Translations under genes and position numbers: made by a program
The notes under the pieces: generated by a model
Database searches by the model: none
The model's input: only the letters and a program-made list of their open reading frames with translations
Told to the model about the DNA's origin: nothing
In this document: in pieces, positions 53,403 to 64,000 of the stretch
How the letters are laid out: each line of letters opens with the position of its first letter
Position numbering within the stretch: the stretch's first letter is position 1
Origin: Octopus vulgaris
Lineage: Eukaryota
Direction: 5' to 3'
DNA length: 64,000 nucleotides
NCBI GenBank assembly: GCA_951406725.2
Contig: OX597818.1
Location: 139,810,001-139,874,000, forward strand

Positions 53403-53815
53403 ATATAAAGACTTTCCTGAAATACAGTAGACAACATTCTGCGGGTTGTAGAGATAGCTGTTCCCTTATCTCTATAGTGATTATTAAAGCTTCAAAATTT
53501 ATCTATTATTTCACAAATATTTCCTTCCAATAAATATTGATTAGATTTTCACCAATTTTCCGAATTTTGTAAAGCAGAAATATTTGAATCTATTGACCAG
53601 CATGATAATAGTGGTCCTTGGTAATTCGCTTACCAAGACCGCCGATATGTCAATGTAGAATGTATATAGAAGGAAACTGTTTGAAATATCATTACGTCTT
53701 GTGAGTTGGGGTTTTTCATTAAACTGGCCTTCCCTTTGCCGTCTTAATGTTAAATGTGTTTCATAATATGCAAAGGAAATTTGACAATAATAATGACATT
53801 TTGAAACTCTTCCAG

Positions 53816-54091
53816 ATATGCATGGTTGATGGTAGTCTGTATGAAGAATCTGTCGATATATATGTATGAAGAAAGGAACGTCTGCCTGGTTAGAATTGTG
53901 ATTCTTGAAGAAAGTATTGATCAAAACGCTGAAGACATGAAAGGAAGTTGTAATGAGGATTATAAGAGCAGAGATAAGTTTGATTTTTGTCTCTTCATAG
54001 AGGGTGTACGATGTAATTTCTTCAGCGGCGCAAAGGATGCTGGAGCTGCAGTAAAAAATATCAATGAGAAAACAGTAATATACAAAATGCT
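53816..54091 (+). CDS. Candidate internal coding exon of an unidentified gene (276 bp, phase 2-2)
   Basis: Acceptor CTCTTCCAG at 53807-15 and donor GTAAGC at 54092; the frame YAWLMVVC..VIYKML closes just outside both sites. No recognised homology. A 193-codon antisense ORF overlaps it. Confidence 0.3.
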
Positions 54092-54148
54092 GTAAGCAAA
54101 TTGTTGTGTGTAGGTGAATCAAACTATTATATCTCCTCCTTTTTTATG

Positions 54149-54352
54149 AGGCGGTGAGCTGGCCGAATCGTTAGCACGCCGGAAGAATACTTAGCAGCTC
54201 TTCGGCCATCTTAACGTTCCGAGTTCAAATTTCGCCGAGGTCATCTGTTCGGAGATGATGCAATACATTCTAGTCTTTTACTAGGAGACAACGTAATCGA
54301 CTTTGACTCCTCCCGCCAAAATTTCAGGCCTAGTGCTTATAATAGAAAAGAT
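54149..54352 (+). mobile_element. Old SINE family B copy
   Basis: GGCGGTGAGCTGGCCGAATCGTTAGCACGCCGG..GAGTTCAAATTTCGCCGAGGTC; old tail GGCCTAGTGCTTATAATAGAAAAG. Confidence 0.8.
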
Positions 54353-54562
54353 TATATCACTCTCTTCCTTGCTTCAGCCTGCGAGTTTTGACCATATTGG
54401 TAGGTGGAAAATTTTCCTTTCCAATATAGAAGTTTTCTAATATTAACCCCACATTGATGAAATTATCGTTAGCTGTGATTCCAGGAGAAACTACTAAAGA
54501 CTTTCGATTAAGGACTATCGATCTGCCAATTAATAACTATCGATCTAGCTGTCTGTATCTAT

Positions 54563-54600
<38 letters not shown>

Positions 54601-55904
54601 ATGTATCTAATTTTATCCCTTCATTTTCTTTAATTTTCTCTCTTCATTTCCTTAACCAGCAATCCCACTTTTGTCATTACTGACTTTTGCTTCATTAGGG
54701 TCAATGATATGCTATCAATTTAATATGCTGGAATCGATTAAAGAAAATATTGTCTTCAGCATATTGTGTAATTCCCTGCAAGAGGAAGTTGTACACATCC
54801 TCTGTGCAGACTTTCCATTCTAGAAGTAAGGTGTTTTGTTTCTGAGACAGTATAACATCGGGCATGGAAACGAATATCAAAACCTGTTTAGTCAACATTT
54901 TCTGATATTTATAAGAGCTCGTGTCAGCATAAAGAAATATATAGCCTGTTTTTTTCCTATCCGTGGTCTGTGCTGGTGTTATGCACAACTTGCGACTAAT
55001 TATGACAGAAATATAAATTGTAAAAATAAAAGCAGTTTGCACTTTTATGTTATTTTCTTATTCTGCCATACATGGCTCGTTCCATAACTGGAGGCTTGAA
55101 ACGTTTTTCTGACACGCAAAATTAGTTGGATTTGGGAAGTAGTGTAACAATGCATCTATTGATTCTGTTATATTAACGAATTATCGCCGTGAAATTCCTG
55201 TTAGTCGTTAAAGAAAATTTGTACCGAATTAAATTAAATTCTATTGCGTTCAAAACAATGATCCATTCTGGATGACTGATTAAAATATTGGACAGATATT
55301 TCACATTTCTATGACACGGGAAATAAATTCAAGTAAAAACAAATACGCAACGAAATATTTATTAGTGACGGAGGCAGAATTAATACCGAGCGGTAGTATT
55401 TATGGTCACTTAAATGTGGATGTCTAGTTAGAACAAATGATACTACGGAAGATAGCAAGAGAGAAAATCTCATATGGGTTTTTGGTGTTAACGATATGAT
55501 ACTTGTAGTTTGTAGATACTCTATCCTTGTGAAATGTTATGTGTTATGTGTATGCTACATACACTGATGTTAAAATATGGTTCCGAATGCATCCAGCTGA
55601 ACTTTTTTTCTAACCTTTGATATTCAAAATGCACAAACCAAAAATTTCGAGGTTTATTTACAGACACACTCCATGGTAAAGTTGAAGCATTAATTCTCAT
55701 ACCCAAATCCAAAACCGCTTCACTGTCATTCGATTGATGGAAAGGATAGCAAAATCTCCCTACAAATAGCAAGTTAATGGTTTTAAAATGGATTGAGACA
55801 TTCAGCGTTGTCAGGCGAGTTTCATAACATGTAGTGGATTGTGTCATAGAGTAAACCATATATATATATATATAAATATGTCAATACATTAATGTGCACA
55901 CAAA

Positions 55905-56091
55905 GACGGCGTGCTGGCGGAATTGTTACCGTGTCAGAAAAATCTTGTCGCCATTTCTTTAGACTTTACGTTCTGAGTTCAAATGCCACCGGCGTCGACT
56001 TTACCTTTCATCCTTTTGGAATCATTATAGGTCGATGTAACCGACTCACTCACCACTCGAAATTGCTGACGTTCTGACAAAATTTGAAATC
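55905..56091 (+). mobile_element. Old SINE family B copy
   Basis: TTTACGTTCTGAGTTCAAATGCCACCGGCGTCGACTTTACCTTTCATCCTTT; old tail CAAAATTTGAAATC. Similar relics near 15385-15485, 46460-46600, 52640-52870 and 57580-57725. Confidence 0.75.
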
Positions 56092-57509
56092 AGTAAATTA
56101 ATACAGAGAGACGGAGAGACAGACAGACAGACAGACACACAGAAGCGTGAACACACATGCATAAAAGTACATGTAGAGCGGCTTTCATTTTGGTAGTTGA
56201 TAATTTAATATGATATTCAGCAACTTTCTTACGTTTAGAAAGAATTATTTTAAAGTCGCACGTCACCTAAATTAAGACAAATAACAACGTGAATTTTTTT
56301 TTCCACCGATGTATTATCGAATAAGGCCTGAAATGCATACGCATCTTGAAAAGATACAGGACGGTTTCGGCGAAAAATTCTTTTCCACATTTTGCTTACT
56401 CTTGTTCACTAAAAATGGAGATAAAGGGAATATGAGAACTCGAAAGGGAAATTATCCCTACAGTGAGAACACTGATAAAGGGTACCAGCAAATACACAAC
56501 CAAAACACCTGAACCTACACACGTTTAGAATATCATAAACATTTCAGTTCATTAGTCACTTTCAGTCATCACAGCTAAGGCCATGCTGGAGCACATCGCA
56601 TACATTATGTAGAGTGGTTTCACTACGAGACGCACGAAGATGCACTTGGTTATGCAGCGAAATCTCGCAATCATTAATAATAGCAATGATTATCAATAAA
56701 CGAGGTGAAAGGGAATAGAGAAGATGACGAAATGATGCTGCAGTAACAGGCAGAAGAAATGAAAACAAACAGAAAGAAAAAAACAAAGCACAATAAATAA
56801 ATAAATAAACAATACTAAATTAATGCATCAAAACAGTAACAACAACAACAAACCAATCACAGTAACAACAAAAACAACAACAATCAGCAACAACGAAAAC
56901 GATAACAATAACAGTGCAGTAACAGTTTACACACAGCAAAATCGAAATCTCATTAAAGCTTCATTGATTAAGAATTATTATTTGACTGGTTCATTACATT
57001 TTTGGAGCAAGACGAAGACAAATGATATGGTGTCCTTAACTAGTTTTACGCGTGTTGTTATTAACTGGTGCTACATTATAGGGCGCTCTCCTTTTGTTTC
57101 TCAACATTATTATGTCTCTTTACATTGTTGTGGGAGCGGTGGTGGTGGAGGTGGTGGAGGTGGTGGTGGTGGTGGTGGCGGTGGTTATTGTTGTGGTGGT
57201 TATTTTTGTATTGTGTATTGAACGGAATTTTAATACGGCGATTCAGCAGGCGAATTGTTTTCGGCAATCTAAGCGCAAACTAATACGCTATCATTAAGAA
57301 AACAAAAAGCGGGGTGGAAAAAAAAAAAGAAAAGAAAAGAAACCCTTTAAAGGCGTCTTAAAAATATAATAACTAATACTCCCTTGGATATTGAAGTATT
57401 AGATAGTATAAATAGAAAGAAAAAAAAAAGACGAGATGGCCATGGCTAGAAAGCATTAGATCATACATCAGGTCGATCATCTAAACTGAATTTACATAAC
57501 AACAAATAG

Positions 57510-57540
<31 letters not shown>

Positions 57541-57837
57541 ATAACAACAACAACAACAACAAGAAGAAGAAGTTACTCTGATTTCGGCTCAAAGCAAGGA
57601 ATTTCGACGAGGGGGGCGTGTGTTTGTCGCTTTCATCGATGCCGAGTCTTCATTGTTACTTTATTTTACCAGGCTAGGAATAAGGAAGGGTAAATTTGAC
57701 CTCGGCAGGATGTGAATTCAGAATAAAAAGACCCAAAAACAGATATAAAAAAAAGCAGAATTTTTTTCCCGACTTCGCTATCGAATCTGTCACCATAATA
57801 ATGAACAACAAAAATAGATTTTATGACAATGATGATG

Positions 57838-58222
57838 GATGGAAGCACTCCATCGGTTACGACGACGAGGGTTCCGGTTGATCCGAATCAACGGAACAGC
57901 CTGCTCGTGAAATTAACGTGCAAGTGGCTGAGCACTCCACAGACACGTGTACCCTGAACGCAGTTCTCGGGGATATTCAGCGTGACACAGAGAGTGACAA
58001 GGCCGGCCCTTTGAAATACAGGTACAACAGGAACAGGAAGTAAGAGTGAGAGAAAGTTGTGGTGAAAGAGTACAGCAGGGATCACCACCATCCCTGCTGG
58101 AGCCTCGTGGAGCTTTTAGGTGTTTTTGCTCAATAAACACTCACAAAGCCCGATGTGGGAATCGAAACCGCGATCCTACGACCGCGAGTCCGCTGCCCTA
58201 ACCACTGGGCCATTGCGCCTCC
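57838..58222 (-). mobile_element. Full-length SINE family C
   Basis: Closely similar to 6856-7241. Confidence 0.93.
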
Positions 58223-58613
58223 ACACAAGTAATGTAGAATTACAAGTAATGTAGAGTAATGTAAAGTAATTTATTTTATTGTCAAATGTGTCACGTTTGG
58301 ACTTTCCATGCTGCTGTACTGTGCCACAATTGATCCAGTCGGCTGGTGTTTGATTGAGAAGAAATACGATCAAAGGTATTCCAACCGTGACCGCTGTGCC
58401 ATCTCTTAATTGTATAGTGTTTATATCAACGTAAACGTATTTCAACAAGTGTAACTTCGAGAGATTTGCTAGTTTTTTCAAGTGGATAAATCATTTCTAA
58501 TATTGTTTCAATCAGGCGCGACTTATTTAAGAATACAGTGATGCATGTATGTGAGTCATCGCTGATACTGAAGTATGTTGGATAGATTTTAATTTTACAA
58601 TATATTAATACAT

Positions 58614-59196
58614 TGGTTTCAAATTTTCGTTCTATGCCAACAAGTTCGGGGGTTGAGGTAAGTCGCTTATATCTACCCCAGTACTTGACTGGTACTTATT
58701 TTATCGTCCCCCGAAAGGATGGAAGGCAAAGACAACCTCGGCAGAATTTGAACTCAGAACGTAAAGACAGACGAAATACCTATTTCTTTACTACCCACAA
58801 GGGGCTAAACACAGAGAGGACAAACAAGGACAGACAAACGGATTAAGTCGATTATATCGACGCCAGTACGTAACTGGTATTTATTTAATCTACCACGAAA
58901 TGATGGAAGGCAAAGTCGACCTCGGCGGAATTTGAACTCAGAACGTAGCGGCAGACGAAATACCTATTTCTTTACTACCCACAAGGAGCTAAACACAGAG
59001 GAGACAAACAAGGACAGACAGACGGATTAAGTCGATTATTTCGACCCCAGTGCGTAACTGGTACCTAATTTATCGAGCCTGAAAGGATTGAAGGCAAAGC
59101 CGACCTCAGTGGAATTTGAACTCAGAAGGTAAAGATGGACGAAATGTCGCTCACCATTTTGCGCGGCGTGCTAACGATTCAGCCACCTCTCCGCCT
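58614..59196 (-). mobile_element. SINE family B trimer: old head, two young-tail units, old-tail unit
   Basis: Junction GACGAAATACCTATTTCTTTACTACCC at about 58770 and 58955 (~185-bp period). The distal unit ends in the old tail AAAATTTGAAACC. Confidence 0.92.
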
Positions 59197-60759
59197 TTTC
59201 AGCATATTAATATATTGATAAAATCACGTAGGGAGATACTCTGACAATCTTTCAAATGTACAAAACTTTCAATCAATGTTGTGTCATTTATTTCTGAAGT
59301 CATGAAATCATAAATAATTACTTCAGGGCAAAGAGTTAATCAAATAATAAAAATATTATTTATGCGTTGAATTTATTCTATTCGAAAGCAATTTTTATTA
59401 CCTGCCAGTTATGTTTGGAAAATAGACTTCGCATGTCTTCCTTTCCATTCATGAGGTAAATTATCTCTAAATTGTTTCCACTATTTATAAAAATATATAA
59501 AAAAGCGATATTTAACTTTTCAAGGCTAGTTATCCGTGTACCATTTTGGAAACATCATATATAGGCGAAAAATTAATTCAAACATCTTTTTGGATAAGTG
59601 ATTGGTGATACATCTCCAAATGTGCGTTTGCCTATTTAAACCAATGACATTTCAGAAGAAAACAGAATGTCAAGGAATGATATTACTCACGTGTTCTTGA
59701 CAAAAGCATCGTAGATTCGTATTTCAGAAATCCTTGCTACACTGGTAGCAATAGATAATATATTAAATTTTACATCAATCAAATTGAATTATGTTATATT
59801 ATCAACACATTTATGCTCCAAGCTCCGATATTGCGTGTAAGCAATTTATGTGCAACTCTGCCTGTATTATGTATCAACGTGCTTGTTTTTGATATTATTT
59901 ATTAAAAAATACAATAAAAGTTGACTCAGTGCAATAATTTCTTCGCTTATACTTATCGAGGAATTTGAATTTCTTCTAACATACAGATCAATAACTGAGT
60001 TACTCAGTGGCCTTTCGTCTTTCTTATACTGTCATAAAAACTGAATCCTATTTGGTTTGATAAAGAAGATATCTGAAGAAGATTTGACGGCTGCAATTCG
60101 ACAAAATCGCTCAAGGTTGGCCCACGGGTAAACAACAATAAAAACAAAGGACAACGGTAATAATATCAATGATGTCATCGTCACCAACAACAATGGCAAC
60201 AATAGCAACAGCAGAGGAAGCCTCTATGTTGTCTCTGAGATTGGTAGGAGTAGCATCCAAATCTCCCTAGTAACACATTCTGCCTTCGAAAAAAGGGAAG
60301 TAAACATTGTCAAAGACAGAATTATCCCTCCCAAAACTGGAATGGTCTTCACAGGAATGCATCTTATCGAGCTACATCTGGAACTAAATGATAGCAACCA
60401 CCACCACCATAACAATATCAACAATGCACTAATACATTAATTTACGCATTCAATTAGGAAATATCGGCATTTTGCAACGTAATAAATTTACATATGCAAA
60501 TGCATCTAAAAGAAAATGTACTACATTTCATGTGTTTGAAACAAATTGTAATACACGTACAAAGCTATGATAAGGTGAGGCATTTTGGAATAAATGCGGA
60601 TATTTAACGATTATTATTTTATTTACTTTTAAACAGATAAAAGTTTAAATACACTTAACGACATAGCTGACTCTTTTTTGTTGTATTTCGGAATGGTCAT
60701 TTTGCCAGTTTAGCCAATAAAAACACACGCACTATATATTAGGAGTTACTTTGCTTCGG

Positions 60760-60799
60760 CCAGAGTTCTTTCGTCACACTCCTGTGACCGCATCAGTGG
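60760..60799 (-). ncRNA. Type-I hammerhead ribozyme-like motif (A9C variant), probable Penelope-like remnant
   Basis: Minus strand cca CUGAUGC g gucaca ggag ugugac GAAA g aa c UC ugg: 3-bp stem I, perfect 6-bp stem II, minimal stem III, CUC triplet. Confidence 0.6.
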
Positions 60800-61607
60800 T
60801 CCTTTGTTTTCTTCTTTCTTATTTGTGTGTCTCTCCTTACTAACCGCCAGCCATTTTGTATTTCTATTGTATATAATATATATATACATAAACAACAAAT
60901 ATATAAACATAATGACTCTTATTTACATTTGTGTTTAGACCTCCAAATATTTACTGCTTATATTAATATATACCTTTGTCCCCCACTCTCAGTCTCTCTC
61001 TCTATATATAAATATATATATATATATATGAAAATGTTTGTCTCTGCGTGTATATAGATATATGTTAATAGCTATCTTTTCTATTTTTGCACTACAACTA
61101 TTAGTTTCATTCTAATGTGGCTCTTTATGTAATGTAGGGATAAAGTTTACTTTTCTTTCTTTATATTCTAAATCTTTTAAAACATAATTTTTAAAGACTC
61201 ACTAAAGTAGGAATAATAGTTCCAAATTACCTGAAGAGCCATACGACTGCATAATAGTTTGAAGGAGGAATATCCAGCTATTTACAAAATATACATTTGA
61301 GATCGCTTTAAGTAAACATGCTTTTCATTCGTATCTACACACACACATATATATATTCATATCTCTATTTCTCTCCCTCTCATTGCAGACACATACATGC
61401 GCATGCGCAGAGATTTTGTTTATTTTGCGGTTACAGAATATGAGAGTGTTCCATACAACTTAATATTAGAAGTGAGTTGTGTCTTAGTTGTGTTCAATCC
61501 ATGGCAGATAAATAGAAATTCTTGTTCACCTCACGTAAACAAACTTAGATACGTACATCAGCAAACTCATTACATAAACTGTTGGTGTATGTGCATTTGT
61601 GACGATG

Positions 61608-61665
<58 letters not shown>

Positions 61666-62254
61666 ACGTGTGAGGATAACAAGTATACAACATGTAAACA
61701 TATTCAAACGTCTATAATTCTCTATCACTTCTCTCTATAATATGTTTGTATTTACACACGCATCTATGGAATGCTTGTATGGCTTTCACCAAAACGCTTC
61801 ACAATCTGTGTTGGTTTGTTTATGTTCCTGTAGAATGTGAGAGGAAGGTGTTGCCCAATCATGGCCGCAATCTAATGACTGATAATAGTGAAAGTAAATA
61901 TAATGTTAAAAGATAATATGAATTAGTATTAATTTATGTGAGTAGTTTTTCTGCTGCTTGGAAGATGTGTGGCAAACTGGAGTAATGTACCTGAAATTAC
62001 AATCTCGTATCAATTATGTAAATTCAACAGATTTAAGTACATTGATCCATGTGCTCTCTGCATATACTAGTTTTAAATTTTGACACAATCTTGTGTGGAC
62101 ACTCCCAGACGATGAAGTAGGCTAGCCCAACACGTAGATATAGAGGGAGAAGTCTAGACGTCGGGAGTTGCGTAGATGTCATCGGAACGTGCAATATTAC
62201 AGTGGCGACGAGGATGAGATGCTCACACAGCCACTGTGTAGTTTTCCGACATAA

Positions 62255-62664
62255 CACACAAGAACAGCAATTTCGTGGGTTTGTTGGAGTTCAATCGATT
62301 TCATCGACTGGCACTTATTCTATCGAACCCCAGTGATGAAAGGCAAAGTGGATCGCAGCAGAATTTGAACCCAGCTGGTAAAGATGGACAAAATGTCGCG
62401 AAGTATTTTACCTGGAGTGCTAACGATCCTACCAGCTCGCTGCCGTAGTTTGCACGCATTTTGGCTTCAAATTTTGGCACACGTCTAGCAATTTTGGGAG
62501 CAGGGCGTAAGTTGATTATATCGGCCTCAATACTCAGCTTTTGTTTATTTCCTTCTACCTCGCGAGTATGAAAGGCAAAGTCGGCACCTGAAATCAGAAC
62601 GGCGGTTGAAATGCCGCTAAGCATTTTCCCGGAGCGGTAGGTGATTCTGGCAGCTCACCACCTT
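62255..62664 (-). mobile_element. Two adjacent old SINE family B copies
   Basis: Two diverged heads (about 62445 and 62664), each with an ATGAAAGGCAAAGT core and old-type tail. Confidence 0.78.
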
Positions 62665-64000
62665 CGTCTGTACATATATTAAGGTGATACGAACAATTAG
62701 AGCTTCTTCTCTTTTTTCAATTTCGATTAATTGGATTACCGTCTACTTCCTACACATACAGATCTAGGAATGTAAACATTATTCTACTAACGCTCCATTC
62801 CCACCCTCCCAACCATTTACTGCAAGCAAAACAGCACATGCATTTACAAACCCCTGCAATACTACCCATACACACACACACACAGATGTTCATAACCTCT
62901 CACACAAACACACAAATATTATGTTTTGGCTAATTTATTTAAGCAACCGCTCATCATATTTACCAACGGTGGAATGCTATTTTGCGCCGAACAGTTTTAA
63001 TTCGCTTGATAAAATTTTGCAATTATATCGAACGGTATAGTGAACATCAAAAGCCGTTCTGTTAAATTCAGAGAACAATTGCACTGTTGTTCTTTCAATG
63101 AAAATAAATAAAATATTTTCAAGTGTTGTTATTTGAATAAAAACCAAAAAATGTATGGAATAACAACAACAACAACAACAACAAAAATCGTGTTTAAGAA
63201 CCGTTGCTTTGAAGAGCTAATATTCTACACTCGTTTGATGAAGTATCTCAGGATCACTTCAGATGTTTCCAATTCTATTATTAAAACACTACGATTTACA
63301 ACAAATCATAAGCATTACTGGCAGATTTTATTTTTCTGATTTAACATCCAAGTGAAAATACATTTAAACCTACTTAAAATTTAGAAAAACCTCTTGATGA
63401 GAATATCTGTGGAATGTCAGTAAAATGTGTAAGATTTCCGAACTGAATTTACAGATTGCTCTCATAATAAATTATTAATCCTTCGTAAAACTTTCTTCTA
63501 TTTCCGAGTTACTATATCTTTAATAAGTAACGGCAATAGTCATGGAAGCTTAGAGTCTTTAATTAGATGCTCGTTATGCAAGAGTCTGATTAATTAGTAA
63601 TGTTTCACTGCTCTTCTCAAGCACACATGCTCGTGATATGGTAAATGAGTAATTATGAATCTTGCAATGATGTAAAAACGGTAAGAATATAATAAACACA
63701 AATCACGAAAAAAACCCAAAAAGACTAAGAAATAGAACAAAACTAAACAGGATAAACCATCTGATAAGAGTGGCATAGTGAAATGATTGGGTTTGGTATT
63801 TCTAATTAACCATCAAAAAGTATTGGTTAGTTTGTGGTGTAATTTCACTGGAGGAATATCTTTCTACTGGATAGCAAAATAATTTTTTGAATAGAAGTGA
63901 TTCTTGTAGTGACAAATCTTTAATGTAAAATCCGGGGCAACAGGAATCATTTGTAACGTAGAAAATAACTTCACAGTTCGGGCCTGAGACAGTCAGCAAT

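Noticed and set aside
58614-59196. Regularly spaced repeats suggestive of a CRISPR-like array (also 27431-27563)
   Set aside because: Whole units repeat with no unique spacers, there are no cas genes, and the context is eukaryotic.
60200-60400. Open frame SRGSLYVVSEIG..GMHLIEL
   Set aside because: Resembles an old dispersed repeat with related fragments near 1-70, 57430-57510 and 58330-58410; not treated as coding.
63802-63999. Minus-strand ORF at the window edge
   Set aside because: Truncated by the window, with no recognisable motif or clear splice donor.

Overview
AT-rich, microsatellite-dense eukaryotic DNA, either intergenic or intronic. The repeat families look like those of an octopus-type cephalopod genome (my recognition, not a database result). 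No host gene can be named, and most long ORFs in the track are microsatellite translations. The window is a dense transposon landscape. It holds three tRNA-headed SINE families (about 25 copies) and a decayed DD41D (rosa-type) Tc1/mariner transposon. It also holds mariner and Tc2-type MITEs, a mariner fold-back element, Helitrons, an internally deleted Gypsy element, R4/Dong-clade fragments, an L1/Tx1-type LINE 3' end and Penelope-like terminal-repeat remnants. Best leads: (1) four unrelated type-I hammerhead ribozyme motifs, one with an intact core and a palindromic stem III; (2) a SINE whose young tail matches the Tx1-type LINE 3' end and which appears to insert into its own family, giving ~185-bp dimers and trimers; (3) SINE head/tail swapping; (4) fold-back palindromes at (TA)n arrays; (5) a speculative spliced + strand gene model between 32.2 and 55 kb.
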